Position numbers and translations under genes: made by a program | In this document: piece after piece, positions 1 to 8,616 of the stretch | Numbering within the stretch: position 1 is the first letter of the stretch | Layout of the letters: the number at the start of each line of letters is the position of its first letter | The notes under the pieces: generated by a model | What the model was told of the DNA's origin: nothing | Seen by the model: the letters and a program-made list of their open reading frames with translations, nothing else | The model's database searches: none | NCBI RefSeq assembly: GCF_034376685.1 | Contig: NZ_JAXMJJ010000012.1 | Span: 9,949-73,948 of the forward strand | Length of the DNA: 64,000 bases | Direction: 5' to 3' | Source: Cypionkella sp. | GTDB taxonomy: Bacteria; Pseudomonadota; Alphaproteobacteria; Rhodobacterales; Rhodobacteraceae

Positions 1-155
1 TCGGCTGTTCTCCAAGCCCTTTGAACATGGAGCCGTTTGCCGCCGCCTGCGATCTGCCGTTTGCCAGCGTGCCATTGGACCCCGAGGCGCTGCACGCGGC
101 GCTGATGCAGCCGCATTCCGGCCCAAGGATGATCGAGGTGCGGGTGGCAAGGTAG
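1..155 (+). CDS. C-terminal fragment of a thiamine-pyrophosphate-dependent enzyme (possibly 5-guanidino-2-oxopentanoate decarboxylase-like); 5'-truncated by window edge
   Basis: Hand translation of frame 3 gives GCSPSPLNMEPFAAACDLPF...SGPRMIEVRVAR*, stop TAG 153-155. This resembles the TPP-enzyme C-terminal tail (…D/N-x-x-F-A-x-A-x-G/D…GP-x-L/M-I-E-V). It lies upstream of amine catabolic genes. Confidence 0.55.
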   Translation, partial: GCSPSPLNMEPFAAACDLPFASVPLDPEALHAALMQPHSGPRMIEVRVAR

Positions 156-156
156 C

Positions 157-235
157 CGATTTTCGCGCGAAAATCGTAGACGGAATTCGCTACGAATTCC
201 GATTTCGGGGCGCGGCTGTCGCGCCCCTTTCTTTT
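157..235. repeat. Three tandem palindromes, the last a likely intrinsic terminator
   Basis: CGATTTTCGCGCGAAAATCG (157-176, perfect 20 bp); CGGAATTCG-cta-CGAATTCCG (181-201); GGGGCGCG-gctgt-CGCGCCCC followed by TTTCTTTT (207-235). Confidence 0.75.
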
Positions 236-281
236 GATCAAATTATTTGGCATAAGGTCGCAAGTCCTGAAAGGTGCCCTC

Positions 282-1646
282 ATGTCCGACTCTCTGATCG
301 CCGGAATTACCCCTGCCCGTTTGGAAAAACTGCGCGCGCGTGAAGCGAAGCGCTTTGCGCAAGGCCGCCCGAAGGCCCGTGCCGCTTTGGACAAAGCCGC
401 CGATGCCTTCCTTGACGGCGTGCCGTTGCATTGGATGAAAGACTGGCCGATGCCGCATCTGCCGTTGATCGCCTCCGCCAAGGGTGCGCGGATCACCGAT
501 ATTGATGGCTATGAGATCGACGATTTCTGTCTGGGCGATACCGGCAGCATGTTCGGCCACTCGCCTGCCCCGGTGGCAAAGGCCATCCGGCACCAAGCGA
601 CGCGCGGGCTGACCTATATGCTGCCCTCGGAAGACGCGTTGGACGCGGGCCGCCTGCTGACCCAGCGTTTCGGTGATTTCCGCTGGCAGATCGCCACCAC
701 TGCGACCGATGCGAACCGCTTCGCCATTCGCGTTGCCCGCGCCATCACTGGGCGGGCAAAAATCCTGGTGTTCAACGGCTGCTATCACGGCACCGTCGAT
801 GACGCGATGGTCGAGCTTTCCAATGGTGTGACGCAGAACCGCGCAGGGCTGATGGGACAAGTCGCCGACCTGACCCTCGGCGCTGTCGCTTGTGAATTCA
901 ATGACTTGTCCGGGGTGGAGGCGGCGCTCGCCAAGGGTGATGTCGCGGCAATTCTGACCGAACCTGTGATGACCAATTCCTGCATGGTGCTGCCCGACCC
1001 CGGCTTCCACGACGGCCTGCGCGCGCTGGCGCGCAAATACGGCGCGTTGTTGATGATCGACGAGACGCATACGATTTCCAGCGGGCTTGGCGGCTATACC
1101 GGGGTCCACAACCTGCAACCCGATATCTTCGTGGTCGGCAAATGCGTGGCGGGCGGAATGCCCACCGCCGTCTGGGGCCTCACCCCGGAAACTGCGGCGC
1201 GCTATGAGGCGGCCAATGCGGCCCGCGCGCCCGGTCATTCCGGTATGGGCACCACGCTTTCGGCCAATCCGATGCAGTTCGCCTGCCTGAAAGCCACGCT
1301 TGCCGAGGTGATGACAGCGAAAAACTATGCCCATATGGACAGCCTTGCCGACCGCCTTGCCTCTGGTCTTGCCAAAGTGATCACCCGCCACAAAGCGCCG
1401 TGGCATGTGGTGCGGGTTGGCGCGCGGGTGGAGTTCATCTGCGCCCCCGGCCCGTTGCACAACGGCACCGAAGCCGCTTTTGCGCATCAGCCGAGCGTCG
1501 AATCCGCGCTGCATGTCGCGCTGCTGAACCGGGGCTGCCTGATCGCACCCTTCCACAACATGATGCTGATCAGCCCCGCCACCAAGAAGCGTCAGGTTGA
1601 CCGTTTGATCGCTGCCTTCGACGAAACCCTTTCAGACCTGTTTTGA
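282..1646 (+). CDS. Class III PLP aminotransferase (glutamate-1-semialdehyde aminomutase-like family)
   Basis: DFCLGDTGSMFGH, FNGCYHG, LMIDETHT, VVGKCVAGG (PLP lysine), GTTLSANP. ATG 282 preferred over track start 234. Confidence 0.85.
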   Translation: MSDSLIAGITPARLEKLRAREAKRFAQGRPKARAALDKAADAFLDGVPLHWMKDWPMPHLPLIASAKGARITDIDGYEIDDFCLGDTGSMFGHSPAPVAKAIRHQATRGLTYMLPSEDALDAGRLLTQRFGDFRWQIATTATDANRFAIRVARAITGRAKILVFNGCYHGTVDDAMVELSNGVTQNRAGLMGQVADLTLGAVACEFNDLSGVEAALAKGDVAAILTEPVMTNSCMVLPDPGFHDGLRALARKYGALLMIDETHTISSGLGGYTGVHNLQPDIFVVGKCVAGGMPTAVWGLTPETAARYEAANAARAPGHSGMGTTLSANPMQFACLKATLAEVMTAKNYAHMDSLADRLASGLAKVITRHKAPWHVVRVGARVEFICAPGPLHNGTEAAFAHQPSVESALHVALLNRGCLIAPFHNMMLISPATKKRQVDRLIAAFDETLSDLF

Positions 1647-1653
1647 GATAGCC

Positions 1654-3060
1654 ATGCCCCATACCGCGACCGATACCCACAGCCCCTCTGGTTCCACCGT
1701 TGCCGAGGCCGAAGCTTTCCTTGAAGCCCATCCTGAGATTGAGGCGTTTGACATCGTTTTGCACGATGCCAACGGCATTGGCCGCGGCAAGATCATCCGG
1801 CGGCATGAGCTGTTGGGCATGTTCAAATCCGGGCGGCATTTGCCGATCTCGATCCTTGGCCTCGATATTTGCGGCGAGGATGTGCATGAGACCGGGCTGA
1901 TCTGGGATCAGGGCGATGGCGACCGTCGCGCTTGGCCGCTGCCCGGCACCTTGCGCCCGATCCACGCCAGCAAACCGCCACGCGGCGAGGTGCTGATGTG
2001 CGTCTATAATCTTGACGGCACGCCGATGTCGTCGGACCCCCGCCACGCCTTGCAGCGGCAGGTGGATGCTTTGGCCGCCGAAGGCCTGCACCCCGCGGGC
2101 GCGTTCGAGTTGGAATTCTTCCTGCTGGCCAACGAGCGCGGCCCGGATGGTAAAATGGTGCCCGCCCGTGATGTGCTGGACGGGCGGCGCAACAGTAAAA
2201 CCGATGTCTATTCGGTGGATCAGCTGCACGGCATGTTGCCACTGTTCAACGATATCTACGCCGATGCCGCGAAAGCCGGAATCAAGGCGGAGACGCTGAT
2301 TTCCGAATTCGCGCCGGGACAGTATGAGCTGACTTTGCATTACCGCGAAGACGTGATGCAGGCGGCGGATGATCTGATGCGGCTGAAGCGGATGGTGCGT
2401 TACCACGCGCGCCAGCATGGGGTGACCGCCTGTTTCATGGCGAAACCGAACGAGGATTACGCCGGATCGGGCATGCATTTCCACGTCTCGATGCTGAATG
2501 ATGCGGGCAAGAACGTGTTTATCGAGGCGGTTGAGGGCCAGTATAACGACACCATCCTGCACGCCTTGGGCGGCTTGCGCGCGACGATGGCCGAGTCGAT
2601 GCTGATCTTCGCGCCGCACGCGAATTCCTGGCGGCGGTTTGCCTCGAACTCCTATGCGCCGGTGTCGCCGACTTGGGGGGTGAACAACCGCTCGGTGGCT
2701 TTGCGCATTCCCGCAGGTGATATCCGCGCGCGGCGGATCGAACATCGCCCGGCAGGCGTCGATGCCAACGCCTATCTGGTGGCTGCTACGGTTCTGGCGG
2801 GCATCCGGCACGGCATGGCCCACCGGATGGATCCGGGGCCGGAAACCACCGGAAACGGCTATACCGATGTGTCCGATGCCCCGCCGATTCCGGTGGATTG
2901 GAGATCAGCGATCGAGGCGGCGAAGGCTTCGGCGTTTTTGAAGGACGCCTTGGGCGAGGATATGCACCGCACCTTCACAGCGATCAAAGCCGCGGAATAT
3001 GCGCGGGTGATGCGGACGGTGTCGGAAGTGGATTTCGATCTCTATCTGCATACGGTCTGA
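1654..3060 (+). CDS. Glutamine synthetase family protein (gamma-glutamyl-amine ligase, PuuA-like)
   Basis: FELEFFL, SEFAPGQYE, FMAKP..YAGSGMHFHVS, WGVNNRSVALRIP, IEHRPAGVDANAY. Confidence 0.9.
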   Translation: MPHTATDTHSPSGSTVAEAEAFLEAHPEIEAFDIVLHDANGIGRGKIIRRHELLGMFKSGRHLPISILGLDICGEDVHETGLIWDQGDGDRRAWPLPGTLRPIHASKPPRGEVLMCVYNLDGTPMSSDPRHALQRQVDALAAEGLHPAGAFELEFFLLANERGPDGKMVPARDVLDGRRNSKTDVYSVDQLHGMLPLFNDIYADAAKAGIKAETLISEFAPGQYELTLHYREDVMQAADDLMRLKRMVRYHARQHGVTACFMAKPNEDYAGSGMHFHVSMLNDAGKNVFIEAVEGQYNDTILHALGGLRATMAESMLIFAPHANSWRRFASNSYAPVSPTWGVNNRSVALRIPAGDIRARRIEHRPAGVDANAYLVAATVLAGIRHGMAHRMDPGPETTGNGYTDVSDAPPIPVDWRSAIEAAKASAFLKDALGEDMHRTFTAIKAAEYARVMRTVSEVDFDLYLHTV

Positions 3061-3077
3061 CGGCTGAGAGGTTGGCT

Positions 3078-3183
3078 GCCTCCGGCGGGGATATTTCCGC
3101 CAAGATGAAATGACGGGCGTTAGCGTCATCCCCAGTGCTCAAATATCCGGGCCGGAATGCGCGCATTCCGGTTCGCCGGAGGC
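3078..3183. repeat. REP-like inverted doublet between convergent genes
   Basis: GCCTCCGGCG (3078-3087) and CGCCGGAGGC (3174-3183) bracket inverted copies of the GATATTT..GCCAAGATGAAA motif, plus a perfect 20-bp palindrome CCGGAATGCGCGCATTCCGG (3152-3171). Confidence 0.75.
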
Positions 3184-3208
3184 TTTTTGATCGGCAAAGA
3201 GTGCGGCC

Positions 3209-3934
3209 CTAGCCGCGTTTATACCGACAGTCCTGCGTGCAGACCGGGCTTGCCGCGCGGATAGCTTCGGCGATCAGGGCGGGGATTTCGAGGCGCAAAC
3301 CGAGGGCGGCCAGCAGGGTGCCGCTGAACCCCGCGCTGGCCAAGGCTTCGGGGATGTCGGTGGTGACATGGCCGCCAGAGGCTGCGAAGAACGGCAGGCA
3401 GATGGCGTGATCCCCAATTGCGGGCAGGTCTTTCAGTTGCGGGGTTTGGTCGATGAAGGCGACATGAACCTCGCAGCCGAGTTCGGTGCGGATTTTGGCG
3501 GCGACATGGCCCGCGATGTCGGACGGGACCGACGATTTCGATGAGCCGTGGGCGGCGAGGATGATCGGGCCTGCGCGGGTTTGCAGAGCTTCGGCGGCGG
3601 TTTTGATGGTGAGGGCGTGCAGGCTGGCGAGGCAGCCCAGCGGCTCCAGCACCTGCCAGCCCTGCGCCCCTGCGGCGGTCAGGCGGGCGGGAAGGTGGGT
3701 GCGGGTGAACCAGCCTCCGGCCATGAACAGCGGAAACAGCAAGCCGCCCTGCCCCAGTTTGGCGATGGCTTTGGCAAGGGCATCGGGTTCAGCGAGGGTG
3801 GCAGAGGCGATGGTTTGGCTGGGCAGATGCGCCGCCACTTTTGCCGTCAGATTGGCCAGTTCTGCGGCGGCAGGTCCGGGGTCGGAGGGTTGGCCGTGCG
3901 CTACGATCAGGACAGGGGGCAGGACGGCGGGCAT
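3209..3934 (-). CDS. cbiX: CbiX/SirB family sirohydrochlorin chelatase-like protein
   Basis: Two repeated modules AHGQPS..PLFMAGGWF and AAHGSS..PFFAASGGHV. Confidence 0.8.
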   Translation of the reverse strand: MPAVLPPVLIVAHGQPSDPGPAAAELANLTAKVAAHLPSQTIASATLAEPDALAKAIAKLGQGGLLFPLFMAGGWFTRTHLPARLTAAGAQGWQVLEPLGCLASLHALTIKTAAEALQTRAGPIILAAHGSSKSSVPSDIAGHVAAKIRTELGCEVHVAFIDQTPQLKDLPAIGDHAICLPFFAASGGHVTTDIPEALASAGFSGTLLAALGLRLEIPALIAEAIRAASPVCTQDCRYKRG

Positions 3935-4007
3935 AAAGGCTCCTTGGTTGGGGCCTAAGGTAGAGCAAGCGGGGCGCAGAGCAAGGGATCTGCTGTGAAA
4001 AGAGCTG

Positions 4008-4090
4008 TGTCCGCGCGTGGACAGGCGGGCGGATTATATGATTTCAAGAGGTTATGCCGGGGTTCTTCATGCTCTGTTAAGGATTGCACC
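4008..4090 (-). repeat. Partial copy (tail module) of the composite intergenic element at 33248-33473
   Basis: Its reverse complement aligns ungapped to 33391-33473 at 57/83 by hand count, including identical TAACCTCTTGAAAT and CCTGTCCAC(A/G)CGCGGACA. Confidence 0.75.
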
Positions 4091-4178
4091 CCTGCCCTGC
4101 CCCCTCAAATCTGGGGGCAGGTGCTTGACACTCCGCCCGGCGAGAGGCCTGATGCGCGCAGTCAAAACCGGACCGAAC

Positions 4179-5183
4179 ATGAATGATGCACGCTTGGGCG
4201 AGGTATTGTCCTCTGCCCCGCCTTTATTGACCGATGCCGAAGCTTTGGGCCTTGCGCGCGCGCATTTTGGCGTGGACGGCGCGCTCAAACGGCTGACCTC
4301 GGAGCGCGATCTGAACATTCGGATCACCACGCCCGGTCAGACCTATGTGCTGAAACTCGCCAACCCTGCCGAGCCTGCCGAGGTGACCGATTTCCAGACC
4401 AAGGCGCTGCTGCATCTGGAGGCATCGCAGCTGCCGGTGCCAAAGGTGATCCGCACCACCACCGGCGCGACCGAAGTGATCACGCCGCATGGCACCCTGC
4501 GGCTGCTGACCTATCTGGAGGGCACGCCGCAGCATCTGACGCCGCGCACCCCGGCGCAGGCGCGTGCGATGGCAGCGATGGCGGCGCGGTTGACGCAGGG
4601 TTTGGCCGGGTTTGCGCATCCGGCGGCGGGCTATGTGCTGCAATGGGATATCAAGCAGGCCAGCGCTTTGCGACCAATGCTGGCAGCGGTGCCAGAGGAT
4701 ATGCAGGCGCTGGCGCGCAAGGCACTGGACCGCTTTGACGCGCTGGCGCCCGAGCTCGCGGGGCTGCGCTGGCAAGTGGTGCACAATGATCTGAACCCGC
4801 ATAACGTGCTGGTTTCGCCCGACAATCCTGATGAGATCGCAGGCGTTCTGGACTTTGGCGATATGGTGCGCACGCCGCTGATCTGCGATGCGGCGGTTGC
4901 TGCGTCTTATTGCGTGGAACCTGACCGCCCGCTGGAAAGCCTGCTGAATTTCGCCCGCGCTTATCATGCGGTCTTGCCGCTTTTGCCCGCAGAGGCACGC
5001 CTGTTCCCCGATCTGGTTGCGACGCGGATGCTGACGACGCTGACCATCGCCTCGGCGCGGGCGCAGGCTTACCCGGGCAACGCGCCTTATATCCTGCGCA
5101 ATGTCGCGACCGCCCGCGAAGGGCTAGCGGCACTGGCGGGCATCCCGCGCGGCGATTCGCTTAACGCCTTGGAGGCATTATGA
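4179..5183 (+). CDS. APH/choline-kinase-fold phosphotransferase (hydroxylysine kinase-like)
   Basis: LTSERDLN, YVLKLAN, VVHNDLNPHNVLV (Brenner motif), GVLDFGD. ATG 4179 preferred. Confidence 0.85.
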   Translation: MNDARLGEVLSSAPPLLTDAEALGLARAHFGVDGALKRLTSERDLNIRITTPGQTYVLKLANPAEPAEVTDFQTKALLHLEASQLPVPKVIRTTTGATEVITPHGTLRLLTYLEGTPQHLTPRTPAQARAMAAMAARLTQGLAGFAHPAAGYVLQWDIKQASALRPMLAAVPEDMQALARKALDRFDALAPELAGLRWQVVHNDLNPHNVLVSPDNPDEIAGVLDFGDMVRTPLICDAAVAASYCVEPDRPLESLLNFARAYHAVLPLLPAEARLFPDLVATRMLTTLTIASARAQAYPGNAPYILRNVATAREGLAALAGIPRGDSLNALEAL

Positions 5184-6499
5184 AAAACGACGGAACCATG
5201 GTGAATGCCTATGTGCCCGGCAAGGGCGATTTGTCGGCAGCGGATCAGGCGCTGGTGGCGCGCAGGGTTAAGGCCTTGGGGCCAGCTTACCGCCTGTTCT
5301 ATGAAACCCCGGTGCATCTTGTACGCGGCGAAGGCGTTTGGCTCTATGACGGCGCGGGCAACGCCTATCTGGATACCTATAACAATGTGGCGTCTGTGGG
5401 CCATTGCCATCCTGCCGTGGTGGCGGCAACCGCGAAGCAGGCGGCGATTCTTTCCAGCCACACGCGGTATTTGCACGACACCGTGCTGGATTATGCCGAG
5501 CGGTTGCTGGCGACGTTTCCGGTCGAGCTTTCGCATGTGATGTTCACCTGCACCGGGTCGGAAGCCAATGATCTGGCGTTTCGGATTGCCCGCGCGCATA
5601 CGGGTGGGACCGGGTTTATCGTCACGGAAAATGCTTATCATGGCGTGACTTACGCGATTGCGGGCATGTCGCCTTCCTTGGGCGAAGGCGTGGCTTTGGG
5701 CGAGCATGTGCGGACGGTGCGCGCCCCCGATCCCTTGCGGATGACGGGCGATCTGGGGGCGGCGTTTGCGGCAGAAGTGCAGGCTGCGATTGACGATATG
5801 CTGCGGCATGGCATCAAACCTGCGGGGCTGATCGTCGATACGATCTTCTCCTCGGACGGGGTGTTTGAGGGGCCCGCGGGGTTCCTAGCCCCGGCTGTGG
5901 CGGCCATTCGGGCTGCGGGTGGGGTGTTTATCGCCGACGAAGTGCAGCCCGGATTTGGCCGCTGTGGCGAGACGATGTGGGGCTTTCAGCGCCATGGGAT
6001 TCTGCCCGATCTGGTCAGTTTGGGCAAGCCGATGGGCAATGGCTATCCGGTGGCGGGGCTGGTGATGCGGCCCGAGGTGATCGCGGCCTTTGGCGCAAAA
6101 GCGCGCTATTTCAACACCTTCGGCGGCAATGCTGTGGCGGCAGCGACGGCAATGGCGGTGCTGGAGGTGATTGAGACCGAAGGCTTGCAAGAGAATGCGC
6201 GCGTGGTGGGCGGCTATTTTGCTGATGGCTTGCGGGAGATGGCTACGCGGTTTGACTGCCTGGGGCCGTTGCGCGCGGCAGGATTGTTCTTGGGGCAAGA
6301 GATTGTCTCGGGCGGGCCACTGGACGCGGATGCAGAGAAAACCGCGCGGATCGTCAATGGCTTGAGGGAGGCGCGGGTGTTGATTTCGGCCACAGGGCCA
6401 AGGTCGAACGTGCTGAAGATCCGCCCGCCCTTGGTGTTTTCCAAGGCGAATGTCGATCACTTCCTGACGGCGTTTGAGGGGGTTTTGGCGCGGGTGTAG
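5180..6499 (+). CDS. Class III PLP enzyme, phosphohydroxylysine/phosphoethanolamine phospho-lyase-like
   Basis: YLDTYNNVASVGHCHP, HTRYLH, TCTGSEANDLA, FIADEVQPGFGR, LGKPMGNGYP, FNTFGGN. Overlaps the kinase stop (ATGA). Confidence 0.85.
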   Translation: MKNDGTMVNAYVPGKGDLSAADQALVARRVKALGPAYRLFYETPVHLVRGEGVWLYDGAGNAYLDTYNNVASVGHCHPAVVAATAKQAAILSSHTRYLHDTVLDYAERLLATFPVELSHVMFTCTGSEANDLAFRIARAHTGGTGFIVTENAYHGVTYAIAGMSPSLGEGVALGEHVRTVRAPDPLRMTGDLGAAFAAEVQAAIDDMLRHGIKPAGLIVDTIFSSDGVFEGPAGFLAPAVAAIRAAGGVFIADEVQPGFGRCGETMWGFQRHGILPDLVSLGKPMGNGYPVAGLVMRPEVIAAFGAKARYFNTFGGNAVAAATAMAVLEVIETEGLQENARVVGGYFADGLREMATRFDCLGPLRAAGLFLGQEIVSGGPLDADAEKTARIVNGLREARVLISATGPRSNVLKIRPPLVFSKANVDHFLTAFEGVLARV

Positions 6500-6562
6500 G
6501 GTGTGTGCTTGCACGCACCTTAAGGGGGTCTTGCCCATGGTGCGTGCAAGCACGCACCCTAC
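6496..6562. repeat. GTAG-type REP doublet (REPIN)
   Basis: GTAG-GGTGTGTGC-TT-GCACGCACC ... GGTGCGTGC-AA-GCACGCACC-CTAC: two inverted hairpin units, each with a terminal GTAG. Confidence 0.85.
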
Positions 6563-7425
6563 ATTTCCACCCACAGCGGGTGATGGTCTGAGGCGACTTC
6601 GCTGTTGTCGGTCCACGCGCGGCGCAGATGCGGGGTCAGATCATTGGTCACAAAGCAATGGTCCAACTGGCGCAGGCGGGTCGCTCCGGCGATGATTTTC
6701 TCATGCGTGTGCAAGGTTTGGCCCAGATGCGCGATGGCGTTGGTCAGCCCACCCGCATAAAGCGCGCCGGGGTGGTAGGGGGTTTGGCCTGCGATGCGGG
6801 CGTGCTCGGCGCTGCCGGGTTCGCAGTTGAAATCGCCCATCCAGATTGCGGTTTGCGGACAGGGCGGCTCGGGTTGGTTCTCGGTCCAGTTGCGGGACGA
6901 CTCATCGTCGCGGCCAGACCACGGCCCGCCGGTGTGGGGGATTTGCGCATGCAAGTGCAGCAGGTGGTCGATCTGGGCGAGGCGTTCTTCGGTGCCGACA
7001 TGCGCGAGATGGATGGACAGCACGCGGATCGGGCCGAGCGGCGTGACGATCATGGCTTCCAGCGCGGGGTTTTGCGTGTTGAGCGGCGTGAGCATCCGGC
7101 GCATCGGCAAGAGGTGCAGGCGGGTCCACAGGATCGGCCAGCGCGACAGGATCATGGTGCCGAACTGACGGCGGCGGTTGATCACACGCGTGCCGTCGTG
7201 GGTCGAGGCATCCATATCAAAAGCGGGGCCGTAGGCGGTGTAATACTGCGGCAGCAGGCGTTCGAGGATCGCGGGTTGGTCGTCGTGGTTGGTGCGCGAC
7301 CAGTGGCGTTCGACCTCTTGCAGCGCGATGATATCCGCGCCGTCGATCACTCGGGCGGCACGGGTCAGGTCATACTGGCCGTCCGTGCCAAAGCCGTATT
7401 GGATGTTATAGCTGAGCAATTTCAT
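6559..7425 (-). CDS. Endonuclease/exonuclease/phosphatase (EEP) family protein
   Basis: LSYNIQYG, IALQEV, WMGDFN, LDHCFV, SDHHPL motifs. Confidence 0.9.
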   Translation of the reverse strand: MKLLSYNIQYGFGTDGQYDLTRAARVIDGADIIALQEVERHWSRTNHDDQPAILERLLPQYYTAYGPAFDMDASTHDGTRVINRRRQFGTMILSRWPILWTRLHLLPMRRMLTPLNTQNPALEAMIVTPLGPIRVLSIHLAHVGTEERLAQIDHLLHLHAQIPHTGGPWSGRDDESSRNWTENQPEPPCPQTAIWMGDFNCEPGSAEHARIAGQTPYHPGALYAGGLTNAIAHLGQTLHTHEKIIAGATRLRQLDHCFVTNDLTPHLRRAWTDNSEVASDHHPLWVEM

Positions 7426-7493
7426 GGCGGCAGGCTAGCGGTGCAGCGTTGGCTTGGCTAGGCTGCGGGCGACATGGGATGAGGAGAAAAGCG

Positions 7494-7931
7494 ATGATCG
7501 TGCGGGCAGTGGCGGCGGCGGACCTTGCGGCATGGGGGCGGCTTTATGCCGGATATGCGGCGTTTTATGGCGTGACGCAGACCGACGAGATGCGGGCGAC
7601 GGTGTGGGGTTGGCTGATGGATGCAGACCACGGCACCGAGGGTTTGGTGGCGGAAGTGGATGGTGCGGTGGTAGGACTGGCGCATTACCGGGTCTTCGCA
7701 CGGCCTTTGTCTGCGAGCGTCGGTGGGTTCCTCGATGATCTGTTTGTCGGACCGGAAGCGCGGGGCACCGGGGCGGCAGAGGCTTTGGTGCAGGGCGTGG
7801 CGGATGTCGGGCGCAAGCGCGGCTGGACTCTGATCCGCTGGATCACCGCCGAGGACAACTACCGCGCGCGCGGGCTGTATGACCGGGTGGCCGAGAAGGC
7901 GAAATGGGTGACCTATGATATCAAGCTGTAG
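7494..7931 (+). CDS. GNAT family N-acetyltransferase
   Basis: LDDLFVGPEARGTGAA acetyl-CoA motif; WITAEDNYRARGLYD. Confidence 0.9.
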   Translation: MIVRAVAAADLAAWGRLYAGYAAFYGVTQTDEMRATVWGWLMDADHGTEGLVAEVDGAVVGLAHYRVFARPLSASVGGFLDDLFVGPEARGTGAAEALVQGVADVGRKRGWTLIRWITAEDNYRARGLYDRVAEKAKWVTYDIKL

Positions 7932-7956
7932 GGTGACTTTTACCTCTGCTTAACGA

Positions 7957-8026
7957 CTGTGACGGTTTGTTAAACACTGTGACAGTGCGTTAAGCCTGAT
8001 TTGGGCCGATTGTGACAACGCGTTAA
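7957..8026. repeat. Three degenerate 17-bp direct repeats (YTGTGACRNYKYGTTAA)
   Basis: CTGTGACGGTTTGTTAA (7957), CTGTGACAGTGCGTTAA (7977), TTGTGACAACGCGTTAA (8010), between convergent genes. Confidence 0.65.
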
Positions 8027-8511
8027 CCGCGTTGCACCACCCAGGGCTGCGGGTAGCAGTATTCTTCTAGGTTCGCACTCGGCCCGATGCGGTCCACCAC
8101 GGCAAACAGGCCGGGGGGGTGCAGCGGGGTGAGGACGCCGTGCCAGATGCCGCGATGCAGGTTGATCGCCTGCGCGCCATTGGTCAGGAAGGCGCGGGGT
8201 TTGTCGTTGGGGCTGGTGGCCACGATGACAAGGAAGGGGTGTTGCGTCATCGGGATGAAGGCTTGAGAGCCTTCAGGGTGGCGCTCGATCAGATCGAATG
8301 TGTAGGGCAAATCCCGCGGGGTGGCGTTGAAAATCGACAGGCCGGGGCGGTTTTGCGGATCGGCTTCGGGCGCGAAATCGAGGCGGGCGCGGTCGTGGTG
8401 GCGCTGGCACATGCCTTCGTTGATCAGGCGGTGATCTCCGGTGGCGTCCAGCACGTCCCCGAACGGGGCAAAGGCGGCGGCGGTGAGGGGTTCGGGGTAG
8501 ATATTGGGCAT
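8023..8511 (-). CDS. allA: Ureidoglycolate lyase
   Basis: EPLTAAAFAPFGDVL, IERHPEGSQAFIP, NLHRGIWHGVL. Start MPNIY at 8511. Confidence 0.9.
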   Translation of the reverse strand: MPNIYPEPLTAAAFAPFGDVLDATGDHRLINEGMCQRHHDRARLDFAPEADPQNRPGLSIFNATPRDLPYTFDLIERHPEGSQAFIPMTQHPFLVIVATSPNDKPRAFLTNGAQAINLHRGIWHGVLTPLHPPGLFAVVDRIGPSANLEEYCYPQPWVVQRG

Positions 8512-8567
8512 GGTGCGCCTTGGGCTTGTGGCGAAGCGAGGAGTTTCACACCCCTCGCGCTCCCCGT

Positions 8568-8591
8568 GGGATATTTGAGCCAAGATGAAAC
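8568..8591 (+). repeat. REP-like motif GGGATATTTGAGCCAAGATGAAA
   Basis: Matches copies at 3087-3110, 3125-3148 (minus) and 15272-15293 (minus). Confidence 0.7.
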
Positions 8592-8616
8592 AATTTTAAG
8601 CACGTTTCAGGTAGAT

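Noticed and set aside
3935-4178. Cobalamin or other riboswitch between cbiX and the kinase
   Set aside because: No recognisable conserved riboswitch core; the region is explained by the repeat tail and a short hairpin.
7928-7935. GTAGGGTG at the GNAT stop as another GTAG REP
   Set aside because: No hairpin follows; an 8-bp match is not sufficient.
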